Of a stretch of 64,000 nt of DNA, positions 13,575 through 26,864 are shown in pieces (the first letter of the stretch is position 1; each line of letters begins with the position of its first letter). Source of the DNA: Macrostomum lignano (Eukaryota). The position numbers and the translations under genes were made by a program. The DNA lies in NCBI GenBank assembly GCA_002269645.1, contig NIVC01000686.1:81968-145967 (forward strand). Direction: 5' to 3'. The notes below the pieces were generated by a model, which saw nothing but the letters and a program-made list of their open reading frames with translations, did no database searches and was not told the origin of the DNA.

Positions 13575-14220
13575 AGGGAGGAAGAGCAGATTAGAGAGAT
13601 GAGTAGCAGAACAGAGGAGAGAGATGAGAGGGGAGAGTAGAGGAGAGGGATGAGAGGAGAGAGGAGAGGGGAGAGGAGAGATTAGAGAAGAGGAGAGAGA
13701 TAAGAGGAGAGAGATGAGAGGAGAGTGGTGAGAGGAGAGAAATGAGAGGGGAGAGTAGAGGAGAGAGATAAGAGGAGAGAGATGAGAAGGAAGAGTCGAG
13801 GAAAGTGATGAGAGTGGAGAGTAGAGGAAAGAGGTGAGAGGAGAGAGATGAGAGGACAGAGATGGGAGGAGAGAGATGAGAGGGGAGGAGAGAGATGAGA
13901 GGAGCGATAACATCTGAGCGGAGAGGGGAGAGATGAGAGTGGAGAATAGAGGGAGATAAGAGGAGATATAACATCTGAGCGGAGAGGGGAGAGATGAGAG
14001 TGAAGAATAGAGGGAGATAAGAGGAGATATAACATCTGAGCGGAGAGGGGAGAGATGAGAGTGAAGAATAGAGGGAGATAAGAGGAGATATAACATCTGA
14101 GCGGAGAGGGGAGAGATGAGAGTGAAGAATAGAGGGAGATAAGAGGAGATATAACATCTGAGCGGAGAGAGGAGAGGAGAGGGGAGAGCAGTGATAACTT
14201 CTGAACGGAGAGGAGAGGGC
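13575..14220. repeat. GA-rich low-complexity tract containing a 61-bp tandem unit (about 5 copies)
   Basis: catctgagc recurs at 13911, 13972, 14033 and onward (period 61). Confidence 0.88.
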
Positions 14221-14819
14221 TCAGTCAATGACATTAAAGCTAAACTGCAATCCGAACTCACTCAACAAGCACACAGCCTTCATTAAGCAATCAATACAAT
14301 TTTGTCGAATTACGAGTATTCTAGGGCGCCCTGCTGCAACGGCATTCGTTCGCGCCGCTAATTAGGAAACAGTGGACCAGAGCGTTTTTTGCCTGGCATG
14401 GAACAGCAGTTTCCTAGCCAGGCCCTGCCCAGCCGGCAGCAAATGTTTTAACGAACAAAATCTGTCTTCGTTGCAGAGAGCCATTTTGTCTCTGGTTTTG
14501 TCCGTTGCAGACAGACGCTGACTAAGCAGTGCCCATAGCAACCGGAGCTTTGCATTCTAGAAGCGTTAGAGGCAGAACGTTGGGAAGAAAGAAAGGGGAA
14601 AATGGGTGAATAAGCGCGCGCGAAGGCGGCTGGCTGCTGGCGGTATCGCAATATCTCTTGCTTTCTCTCTGAAAGAATCAAGGAGTTCCAGATTCAGAAC
14701 CTGGAGTGTAGAAGCAGTGTTGATCAGAGGCCTGTATGACTTGACGCCGAAAAATTTAATTGGCGTCAAATTTTAATTAACTGGCGCCAATTTAATGTCT
14801 GGGGCGTTAAATTGGCGCC

Positions 14820-15748
14820 TCAGGCACTCACTTGAGCGCCGCAGGCACTCACTTTAGCGCCGCAGGCACTCACTTTAGCGTCACAGGCACTCACTTTAGC
14901 GCCGCGGGCACTCACTTTAGCGCCACAGGCACTCACTTTAGCGCCGCGGGCACTCATTTTAGCGCCGCAGGCACTCATTTTTGCGTCGCAGGCACTCATT
15001 TTAGCGCCGCAGGCACTCATTTTAGCGTCATGGGCACTCATTTTAGCGCCACAGGCACTCATTTTAGCGCCATAGGCACTCATTTTAGCGCCACAGGGAC
15101 TCATTTTAGCGCCATAGGCACTCATTTTAGCGCCGCAGGCACTCATTTTAGCGTCATGGGCACTCATTTTAGCGCCACAGGCACTCATTTTAGCGCCATA
15201 GGCACTCATTTTAGCGCCACAGGGACTCATTTTAGCGCCGCAGGCACTCATTTTAGCGCCGCAGGCACTCATTTTAGCGTCGCAGGCACTCATTTTAGCG
15301 TCGCAGGCACTCATTTTAGCGCCACAGGGACTCATTTTAGCGCCGCAGGCACTCATTTTAGCGCCGCAGGCACTCATTTTAGCGCCATAGGCACTCATTT
15401 TAGCGCCACAGGGACTCATTTTAGCGCCACAGGGACTCATTTTAGCGCCACAGGGACTCATTTTAGCGCCGCAGGCACTCATTTTAGCGCCATAGGCACT
15501 CATTTTAGCGCCACAAGGACTCATTTTAGCGCCACAGGGACTCATTTTAGCGCCGCAGGCACTCATTTTAGCGCCACAGACACTCATTTTAGCGCCGCAG
15601 GCACTCATTTTAGCGTCGCAGGCACTCATTTTAGCGCCACAGACACTCATTTTAGCGCCGCAGGCACTCATTTTAGCGCCACAGACACTCATTTTAGCGC
15701 CGCAGGCACTCATTTTAGCGTCGCAGGCACTCATTTTAGCGTCGCAGG
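14820..15748. repeat. 21-bp minisatellite (ggcactcattttagcgccgca)n
   Basis: About 44 copies; source of ORFs 14820..15770 and 14832..15824. Confidence 0.97.
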
Positions 15749-16193
15749 CCCTCAAATCCAGGTTATCCACTCCAAAGCTTTATATTTAGAGCTCCACGGA
15801 GGGAATGTCCGGACGCAGCCATGACTCAGCCAGGTATTGCCTATTGCGGCATCCGAAAGCTGACAGACGCCCTCTGCTGCGGCAAATATTTTCAAGGGGT
15901 TGCCGGGCAGTTTTTGCTTGGGAAGGGAGGGACGATGAAGGCGCAGAGGAGTTCGGTACTCGACGGTGTTCGTTCGGTCCAGCCTCTTGCATCCAGCCAG
16001 CCAATCCTATCACCCTCACCCTCACCAAGCCAGCCCGCCCGCTCTCTCAGCTTACCTGGTCTAGATAAATTTTACAGCAGCCGATGGAAGCCACGCGATA
16101 AGCGGTAGGTTGAAATAATAACTGCGGAACTTCATTTCGTGTGTCTTTGCGCGACCCCTGACAGTTCAGCTTTGTGTCCCGCTTAATTCTACA

Positions 16194-16196
16194 ATG
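16194..16196 (+). CDS. TUBA: Alpha-tubulin exon 1 (ATG only)
   Basis: caATG|gtaagt; an intron directly after the start codon is a classic alpha-tubulin feature, and it joins CGC GAG TGC (MREC). Confidence 0.9.
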
Positions 16197-16207
16197 GTAA
16201 GTTGGAC

Positions 16208-17020
16208 CGATCTCTGCTTCTGTCTGTTCTGATCTCTGCTTCTGTCTGTTCCGATCTCTGCTTCTGTCTGTTCTAATCTCTGCTTCTGTCTGTTCTGATC
16301 TCTGCTTCTGTCTGTTCTGATCTCTGCTTCTGTCTGTTCTGATCTCTGCTTCTGTCTGTTCTGATCTCTGCTTCTGTCTGTTCTAATCTCTGCTTCTGTC
16401 TGTTCTGATCTCTGCTTCTGTCTGTTCTAATCTCTGCTTCTGTCTGTTCTGATCTCTGCTTCTGTCTGTTCTGATCTCTGCTTCTGTCTGCTCTGATCTT
16501 GGCTTCTGTCTGTTCTGATCTCTGCTTCTGTCTGTTCTGATCTCTGCTTCTGTCTGTTCTGATCTCTGCTTCTGTCTGCTCTGATCTTGGCTTCTGTCTG
16601 TTCTGATCTCTGCTTCTGTCTGTTCTGATCTCTGCTTCTGTCTGTTCTGATCTCTGCTTCTGTCTGTTCTGATCTCTGCTTCTGTCTGCTCTGATCTTGG
16701 CTTCTGTCTGTTCTGATCTCTGCTTCTGTCTGTTCTGATCTCTGCTTCTGTCTGTTCTGATCTCTGCTTCTGTCTGTTCTAATCTCTGCTTCTGTCTGTT
16801 CTGATCTCTGCTTCTGTCTGTTCTGATCTCTGCTTCTGTCTGTTCTGATCTCTGCTTCTGTCTGCTCTGATCTCTGCTTCTGTCTGTTCTGATCTCTGCT
16901 TCTGTCTGTTCTGATCTCTGCTTCTGTCTGTTCTAATCTCTGCTTCCTATCTGTTCTGATCTCTGCTTCTGTCTGTTTTGATCTTGGCTTCTGTCTGTTC
17001 TGATCTCTGCTTCTGTCTCT
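16208..17020. repeat. 22-bp minisatellite (ctgatctctgcttctgtctgtt)n in tubulin intron 1
   Basis: About 37 copies. Confidence 0.97.
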
Positions 17021-17087
17021 TTCTCAGTTACTTTTTATCCCACTTCTCCGAGCCACGCCCGAAAACCGCCCGTACTCGGACCCGCAG

Positions 17088-17310
17088 CGCGAGTGCATCT
17101 CCATCCATGTAGGCCAGGCTGGTGTGCAGATCGGCAACGCCTGCTGGGAGCTCTATTGCCTGGAGCACGGCATCGGGCCGGACGGCATCGCCAGGCCGGA
17201 CACAACCCTCGGCCAGGGAGACGACTCCTACAATACGTTCTTCCAGGAGACCAGCTCAGGGAAGAATGTGCCGCGAGCGCTGTTCGTTGATCTGGAGCCG
17301 ACTGTTATTG
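17088..17310 (+). CDS. TUBA: Alpha-tubulin exon 2
   Basis: cccgcag|CGCGAGTGC to ATTG|gtgagt; [28 protein letters not shown]...[14 protein letters not shown]. Confidence 0.97.
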
Positions 17311-17324
17311 GTGAGTAGAGAGGC

Positions 17325-17880
<556 letters not shown>

Positions 17881-17928
17881 AGTCAAGGCCTCAAGACTGT
17901 TTCACCCTCCTCCCGTCACATGCACCAG

Positions 17929-18230
17929 ACACGATCAAGAACTCGGCCTCGAAGCAGCTGTTCCACCCGGAGCAGCTCATCAGCAGCAAGGAGGACGCGG
18001 CTAACAACTACGCCCGCGGTCACTACACAGTCGGCAAGGAGATGATTGATTTGGTCATCGACCGGCTGAGAAAAACTGCTGACAGCTGCTCCGGCCTGCA
18101 GGGCTTCCTGGTGTTCCACAGCTTCGGCGGCGGCACCGGCTCCGGCTTCACCTCCCTGCTCATGGAGCGCCTGTCTGTTGAATACGGCAAGAAGTCTAAG
18201 CTGGAGTTCGCCATCTACCCGGCGCCTAGG
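17929..18230 (+). CDS. TUBA: Alpha-tubulin exon 3
   Basis: caccag| to AGG|gtgaga; contains [13 protein letters not shown] and the GGGTGSG tubulin signature. Confidence 0.97.
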
Positions 18231-18294
18231 GTGAGACTGATAGGGGAATATTAATTTAAAAATATGAGCGGGTACAAGATAGGAAGACAGTGAA

Positions 18295-19519
<1,225 letters not shown>

Positions 19520-19539
19520 TGACACGGTTATAAAACACT

Positions 19540-19950
19540 GAGAGTGACACAATGAGTGACACTAAAAAGTGACACTGAGAGTGACATTGATAGTGAACCA
19601 GGGAGAGACACTGATGGTGACACTAAGAGTGATACTGAGAATGACACAGGGAGTGACACAAAGAGTGACTCTGAGAGTGGCACTGAGAGTGACACAGGGA
19701 GTGACACTAAGAGTGGTACAGAGAGTGACACAGGGAGTGACACTGATAGTTACACTAAGAGTGATACTGAGAGTTACACAGAGAGTGAAACTGAGAGCGA
19801 CATAAAGAGTGACACCGCGTGTGACGCAGGGGAACACTGCGAGTGGCACTCAGAGTGACACAGAGAGAGACTGATAATGACACAGAGTGACGCCGAGTGT
19901 GACGCAGGGGGACACTGATAGTGACACTGAGAGTGACGCTGGAATGACAG
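19540..19950. repeat. Degenerate 12-bp repeat (gagagtgacact)n in tubulin intron 4
   Basis: Read directly. Confidence 0.85.
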
Positions 19951-20489
19951 TAAGTACAGCGAGAGTGAAAGTAAATTTGACCGCAGATGCAGTTGCTGTT
20001 TTCATTCAGAGATATATATACATATCGTGCATAGTTCAATTAGTCAGTTATATCCATACCTCACAGGTCAGACCCCTCAGCCACTAGTTGGGACTGTTTA
20101 CCAGCAAGTATACCTACTGATGTTCGCTAAATGCAAGATATTCTGTTTGTAGCGAGGTTGACTTTCATCGCTATAACATCTGTACCTACAGAAAATGGCT
20201 TTGAACTGAAATCCGGCTACATTTCTGACGTGAAATGTAAACACTGGGCTAAAAATAGCAATTTGGTACCGTTTGAATTCGGGTGCCAACGTGGGGCCTG
20301 GCTATCCTTTGTTTACCAATTTTACGAGTAGTTTTGATAGTTGGTCGAGGCGCAGTTCTTCGTATCGAATTCAAACCAAATTTTTTAAAAAATTGTGTGA
20401 CTCATCACCCGTATACCTACCCGTCCTGTATATCACTACCCGTCCTCGTATATTTCCTATTGATGAGTATTAACTTATCTGAAAATCTC

Positions 20490-21495
20490 TTGACGAATCC
20501 TTCGAGAATCCCTTCGTGAATTCCTTGATGAATCCCTTGAAGGTTCCTTTCGAGTACCTCGATGAATCTCTTGATGATTCCTTTGATGCATTCCTTGATG
20601 AATCCCTTGACGATTCCTTGATGAATCCCTTGATGAATCCTTTGATGAATCCCTTGATGAATCCCTTGATGAATCCTTGATGAATCCCTTGATGAATCTC
20701 TTGATGAATCCCTTGAAGGTTTCTTTGAATCCCTCGATGAATCTCTTGACGATTCCTTTGATGCATTCCTTGATGAATCCCTTGACGATTCCTTGATGAA
20801 TCCCTTGATGAATCCCTTGATGAATCATTTGATGAATCCCTTGACGATTCCTTGATGAATCCCTTGATGAATCCCTTGATGAATCATTTGATGAATCCCT
20901 TGACGATTCCTTGATGAATCCCTTGATGAATCCCTTGATGAATCATTTGATGAATCCCTTGACGAATCCCTTGATGAATCCCTTGAAGGTTCCTTTGATG
21001 AATCCCTCGATGAATCTCTTGACGATTCCTTTGATGAATCCCTTGTTGAATCCCTTGACGATTCCTTTATGAATCCCTTGATGAATCCCTTGATGAATCT
21101 CTTGATGAATCCCTTGAAGGTTTCTTTGAATCCCTCGATGAATCTCTTGACGATTCCTTTGATGCATTCCTTGATGAATCCCTTGACGATTCCTTGATGA
21201 ATCCCTTGATGAATCCCTTGATGAATCCCTTGATGAATCCCTTGATGAATCATTTGATGAATCCCTTGACGAATCCCTTTATGAATCCCTTGAAGGTTCC
21301 TTTGATGAATCCCTCGATGAATCTCTTGACGATTCCTTTGATGAATCCCTTGTTGAATCCCTTGACGATTCCTTTATGAATCCCTTGATGAAAGCCTTGA
21401 CAAATCTCATGATGAATCTCTTGACGATTCCTTTGATGAATCCCTCGATGAATCCCTTGACGATTCTTTTGATGAATCCATGACGAATCCTTCGG
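20490..21495. repeat. 12-bp minisatellite (gatgaatccctt)n in tubulin intron 4
   Basis: Read directly, with larger internal duplicated blocks. Confidence 0.95.
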
Positions 21496-21612
21496 TGAGT
21501 CCCTTGATCAGCTTATTCCAAAATCCATTAGCAAATATTTCCCAGAGCCTTGCACAGAACCCAGTGAGACACCAAATTACGTATCCCTTCGCTCACCCTC
21601 AACCATCCGCAG

Positions 21613-22133
21613 CCGAGAAGGCCCGCCACGAGGCCCTGACAGTGGCGGACATCACCACGGCCGCCTTCGATCCGCAGAACCAGATGGTGAAGTGCGACCC
21701 GCGCAACGGCAAGTACATGGCCTGCTGCATGCTGTACCGCGGCGACGTCGTCCCCAAGGACGTCAACGCCGCCATCGCCACAATCAAGACTCGCCGTGGC
21801 ATCCAATTCGTCGACTGGTGCCCAACCGGCTTCAAGGTGGGCATCAACTACCAGCCTCCCACTACCATTCCCGGAGGCGACCTGGCCAAGGTGCCCCGCG
21901 CCCTGTGCATGCTGAGCAACACAACGGCTATTGTTGAGGCTTTCAGCCGTCTGGATCACAAGTTCGATCTGATGTACTCGAAGCGAGCCTTCGTACACTG
22001 GTACGTCGGCGAGGGCATGGAGGAGGGCGAGTTCGCCGAGGCCCGAGAGGACCTGGCGGCCCTGGAGAAGGACTACGAGGAAGTCGGGTACGACACGGCC
22101 GCCAACGGCGAGGAGGAGCCGGAGGAGTACTGA
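21613..22133 (+). CDS. TUBA: Alpha-tubulin exon 5 (C-terminus ...EEEPEEY*)
   Basis: ccgcag|CCGAGAAG to TGA. The five exons total 3+223+302+304+521=1353 nt = 450 aa plus stop. Confidence 0.98.
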
Positions 22134-22233
22134 TCAGCTGATTCACTGATGGGGTGCTCAAGATTGCTGAGCATCGAGTGACGTCACTTTTCATTTGCCT
22201 ATTCACGGATAGACTGTCTTCCCTATTCCCACA

Positions 22234-22326
22234 TGTCAATACAGTACTACTGTCAATACAGTACTGCTGTCAATACAGCACTACTCTCAATAAAGCACTG
22301 CTGTCAATACAGCACTGCTGTCAATC
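22234..22326. repeat. 17-bp repeat (ctgtcaatacagtacta)-like, about 5 copies, in the tubulin 3' region
   Basis: Read directly; one variant unit contains AATAAA at 22289-22294. Confidence 0.8.
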
Positions 22327-23814
22327 ACCGTAGAAAGGTTTTAAATTTATTGCTTTTGTTCAAAAAGCTTTGAAAAAATGTGAACTAAAGGCTACATCTT
22401 CTTTCTGATGATCCCAAATCTCTAAAATGCTTTAGTGCTTGACTGTTTATTAAAACACCTTTAAAGACAAATATTATGCTCAAACCATTGCTTTTCTGTG
22501 TTTTAATAACAAAAAAAAGTTTTATTTTTTTTCTTCATTTTTAAAAATTTTATTTGAAATTTTGTATACGTAAGTGTGCATGGTTCTGAAACTACCAGTA
22601 TTTGAAAAAGTTAAAGCCTCGTAATTTACTGCTTTCAGCGCTAACCCTACTTTTTGATCTCTATTCGCCTTCTAACAGCCATATTGAAACTGTTTCAATT
22701 TTGATCTCTTCGTTAAAAGAAGGATCGGATCCTTTAATGCGAGAGATTTTTATTATTCTTCACAAGAATTATCTGGCTAATAAACGCTGCTGCTCGAGAG
22801 CGTTTGCACTGGGCAATTGGTCTAATTTTTGCTGCATAAGCTACCATCCTTTTGGAAAACAAACTAATGTGCTTTTCAGTATTTCTTCCTTGACTTTTAA
22901 TCAGTCTGAGAATTCGGAAGGTCGATAAAGCTGAAGGGTTAGAGATAAGAGAAGCGGAACTTCGACCCGGAAATGGGTGAAAATGGTTACCAATTTTAGA
23001 ACCATTTTAACCCCTAGAAAACCAATGGATAGCGTGGCTAACTATCAGCACTTTTTACCAGTCCGATAGTCTATGGTCATGACAGTTAAGCGTGGCCTGC
23101 ACTGGCAACACTGCGTGAAAATCCGAATGAACAGCGTGGCAGACCATGGAGTTTAAAGTGAATGAGATCAACAGAAAAATTGTAGAACGTTTTATTTGAG
23201 TCTCAATCTCAAAACAGGCATGAATATTTTTATAATAATCAGAGTTATCCTTACATGTAAATACAAAAAATGCGGCTAAAATTCACTTTATAAATTTCCT
23301 TACGCATCGAGCCATTTTTGCGTATAATTTACACTCTGAATTTCGAATGGGGATAGCTTTATGGTTGTTATAGTATGAGCGCATATGAAAAGGCCATTCA
23401 AAGAAGGAATATATATTAAAATTTGGTTAATAAACCATTACACAGCTACAAAATTATATCCTGGAAGCATCAAACCCGAAGGCTAAAATAGTTTTAACGA
23501 AACATTTTGAGATAAATTACTGCATAGACAAGGTGCAAAAATTATAAAGTTTTCTATTCCGACTAAAAATAATAAGTCGCATAGCTGAGTCACATGGACG
23601 TGCAAAGTTTTATGTTGCTAGGGTCTATTGGACACTTAGCTCATTTAATATGGCTTTCCAAGAGAACTCTGATAAGCTCGTAAACATAATGTTGCATACA
23701 GACTATTTTACAGCATACTAAAATATACTCTATCAATCAATTCTACCAATAATTATAAAAAAACATAAAAACCCAGTTCGAAAAAGTCATCCGTGCTGCA
23801 GATAATTGAATTGC

Positions 23815-24410
23815 TTAGCTGTGCCATTCTCGGAAGCAACCGGGAACGCACAGTCCGGGCTCACCTGGGCATTGCTCACACACGAAGACTGCCCGCCTAG
23901 TCCTGCCATTCCGGTAGCAGACTCGGCAGCGCCGCGTGGGCCGCTGGTTTCCAGGCGTTGCGGGCAGCTTGCCGGGCAGGTGCACAGCTCCGCCAACGTC
24001 GGGCACTGGGCGAACGCAGCGCTTTTCCCAGGTCCTGAGCTGTCAATCAGCGCGACGACCACATTCTCCATGAATGGTAAAAACTTCTTCGATCCTCCGG
24101 ACAGGTGGTACACAATCCAGGAGTTGTGCGCCAGCTGCAGCAGAAAGTGGATGTCCAGCTTCTGATGCCAGCGGTACATTTTCCTGTTCGGATGGTTGGG
24201 TTGAAGTCCTGGCTCCAGATGCACTCCGGGAACACCAAGAAACTCCGGCAACAGTCCAGCTCTCTCATCGGTGGTTTCGTCCACTACCATCCAAGCCTCA
24301 TTCTGAACAGTTTCGCCTGCCTCTTCGAGTACTTCGTCAGGAAATTCTTCACTTGATAAGGAATCGTCCGAGTCACTCAAAGACTCGTCGCTGGTAAGCA
24401 GCTGATCCAT
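23815..24410 (-). mobile_element. Internally deleted piggyBac (PGBD4-like) transposase remnant
   Basis: Acidic N-terminus fused directly to RKMYRWHQKLDIHFLLQLAHNSWIVY (resembles the RKxxKWYKK..FHLL...N.YILY segment after the core). A frameshifted C-terminal Cys-rich domain follows: RRCRVC...CEQCPGEPGLCVPGCFREWH. The DDD core is absent. Possible element end TTAA|CCCC at 23007-23014. Confidence 0.85.
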
Positions 24411-25663
24411 CAGTCACTTTGTTTGGTTGCAAAACAATCAAGGAGAAATGCTTACTGCGCTGTACAGACTTGTTTATCTTAAAAGGAAGGGACTGGCCAT
24501 GGACAATTAATGAAAAAGCCCCAGTATAGACGTACAGTGAAGCTTTTATCTACAGATACTCTGCATAGTTAGGTAAGTTCTTTATCGGATTTTGGGGGAG
24601 TGTAGCAGACCCGCTCATTTAGGCCCAGTTGTCTATGGTCAGCGCTGCTCAGTGCGCACAAAATAAAGGCATAGAAGAGGATAATCCATGTCAACTAATC
24701 GTGGTTAAAAAATCCATCAAGTCGTCATCATCAGAGGCCATCATTGCTTGAAAATTGCATTGTATTTCAATATTAGAGCGGCGAGTTAACTACACAACAA
24801 AGTGAATATTGCATCGTATAGTACGTGTGTTCGAAATTCGTGCAACAAAGTCTCAGCGGTGTGTTCACTGTACTGTAGGCTGCAGTCATAAATGAGCGAA
24901 GTTTCGCAGACTTAGCGGTTACAAAAATTTGCTGAAATACCGAGAAAAGGAATAAATCTGCTTTGCATACTACTTATACACCCTACTCGAGCATCACAAA
25001 GTTTTGCCAGTGAGCATTTTTGCGCTTTTTGTATGCATACAAGTACTAGTATAAACCACGCTCAGCGGAATAAAAAAACAATAGCTAAATCTACTGTTAG
25101 TATTGATGATAATGTTATTTTAAACAAAAAATGACAATTTCATATACTACACAAAATATAGCGCGCAGAGTTTTCACTTTTACCGTCATGGTAATTGTTA
25201 ATCTGGCGCCACTCTGCGTACAGAAAGTTTTAACCTGTCTTAAATCGTCAAAAGGAATTTTTAATTACCTACCAGAAGTTTTAAATTACCACCTCAAGCT
25301 CAAATTATCTTCCGGAAGTTGCAATCATCTATCGAAAGTTTTAACCAACTATCGGACGTTCCAGCCATCTACCGGTACTGGAAATTCCAATCATCTACCG
25401 GAAGTTTTAATCAACTACCGGTCTGCAAAGCAATCTCAAATTATCTTCCGGAAGTTGCAATTATCTACAGAGAGTTAAAAACATCCACGGAAGTTCCAAT
25501 AACCTATCGTAAGTTCCAATCATTTAAAAATCCTCTACGATACAGAAAGCTCCACTCCGATTTTAATTTAATATTGAGCTGATATCACAAATCAAAATGG
25601 ACGCCATATAACGCTCATTCATTGCACACCAATGGACAGAAGTAAGTACCCAATCAATGTCAA

Positions 25664-26284
25664 TCAGATTGGTATGTAGCAGGCGTCGCTCTCCATGAAG
25701 TTCAGGTAGTCCTCAAGTGGCTCGTGTCCGCGAGGAATAAACACAATAACTGCGGCAAAGAAGCAGATTAGGTAGGCCGTGAAGAACAGGCGATCCAGCA
25801 CTACAGCCAGAGTACGCCACTCCATTGAGGCCATGTTTCGCCTGTCCTTCTCCTTTAGTCGGCCAACGTACGACTTGAGAAATTGGCGAATCTCGCGGAC
25901 CTCCCGCTCCACTTCGCCGTACTGAGCCATTCCACCCGGCCCCGACGGCATGCTAAGTATTGGCGAATCGCCGGCGTCATCTGTCGCAGACTTTGCACTG
26001 ACGGCTAGCCCGCCCGACAACGTCTGGTGGCTAGCGCTACGGAGGGCAGCTGCCTCTGCCGCCGAGCTTGCCGCGCTGAGCTCGGCAGGGCTCTTCAGGG
26101 GCACTGCCTGGCGCACCAAGAACATCCGGCCAAGGCCCTCCACCGCCCAGCGACGCAAAATATGGTTCATTGGCTTCTGCCTCTCGGCTCGAACGTAGAA
26201 ATTGAGCACAATGGCTGCCAGAAAGGTACTCAGAGTGATCAGCACCATGTTGAAGCCGTAGAAATAACCGATGTAGGGGAAGTC
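25664..26284 (-). CDS. nAChR-like Cys-loop channel exon 3 (M3, intracellular loop, M4)
   Basis: attcacag|GACTTC to TGA; [29 protein letters not shown] (M3) and [17 protein letters not shown] (MA/M4); 621 nt. Confidence 0.95.
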   Translation of the reverse strand, partial: DFPYIGYFYGFNMVLITLSTFLAAIVLNFYVRAERQKPMNHILRRWAVEGLGRMFLVRQAVPLKSPAELSAASSAAEAAALRSASHQTLSGGLAVSAKSATDDAGDSPILSMPSGPGGMAQYGEVEREVREIRQFLKSYVGRLKEKDRRNMASMEWRTLAVVLDRLFFTAYLICFFAAVIVFIPRGHEPLEDYLNFMESDACYIPI

Positions 26285-26321
26285 CTGTGAATTCAGAAGC
26301 AAAGAACAATTAAGGTCATTG

Positions 26322-26363
<42 letters not shown>

Positions 26364-26450
26364 CCCACCAACCAACCAACCAACCAACCAACCAACCAAC
26401 CAACCAACCAACCAACCAACCAACCAACCAATCAACCAACCAACGAACCA
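26322..26450. repeat. (ATCA)n/(ACCA)n microsatellite filling channel intron 2
   Basis: Read directly. Confidence 0.95.
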
Positions 26451-26456
26451 ACTCAC

Positions 26457-26864
26457 CCGAACAGCACTTGGTGTTGTCTTGGCTAGCAGGAGCATCAAGA
26501 CAAAAAAGGCTACAAAGATGTTCATTCCCAGTAGCATTTTTGCGGGGGATTCCGGTGGCAGCCAGAAGATGACCCAGGTGAGGCAGGACAACAGAATGCA
26601 GGGCAGCACAAGAATTGACAGGTAGAAAGCCGGATTACGTCGCATCCGAATCTTGTAAACCAGGGTCTGATAGATTCTGGTGTGTTTGGTGCCGTTCCGG
26701 TCAAGCGTGGTGATTTTCTTGCACTTCATCCGGGATTTTAGCTGGCGTTCTCGCTGGGACGGCCGCACAGTGAATTCTTCCTGACCGTCGGTGATCCACT
26801 CGTGGCTTCTAATGTAGTTCGTGAAGTCCACGTAGGGATTTGGCTCGTATTTGTACACTTCGTA
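26457..26864 (-). CDS. nAChR-like Cys-loop channel exon 2 (loops F and C, M1, M2)
   Basis: cccacag|TACGAA to CGG|gtgagt, 408 nt, phase 0-0; [58 protein letters not shown]. Confidence 0.95.

Noticed and set aside
15898-15912. RFX X-box upstream of the tubulin gene
   Set aside because: gttgccgggcagt matches only one half of the consensus well.
20455-20490. C/D-box snoRNA (TGATGA...CTGA) in tubulin intron 4
   Set aside because: The boxes are too close, there is no terminal stem, and TGATGA is part of the adjacent 12-bp repeat.
21528-22239. Antisense and alternative-frame ORFs over the tubulin, channel and receptor exons
   Set aside because: Expected shadows of GC-rich codon usage.
23007-25245. 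Full piggyBac boundaries
   Set aside because: The left TTAA|CCCC end and repeated agcgtggc motifs are suggestive, but none of the TTAA sites at 24716-25243 gives a matching inverted repeat.
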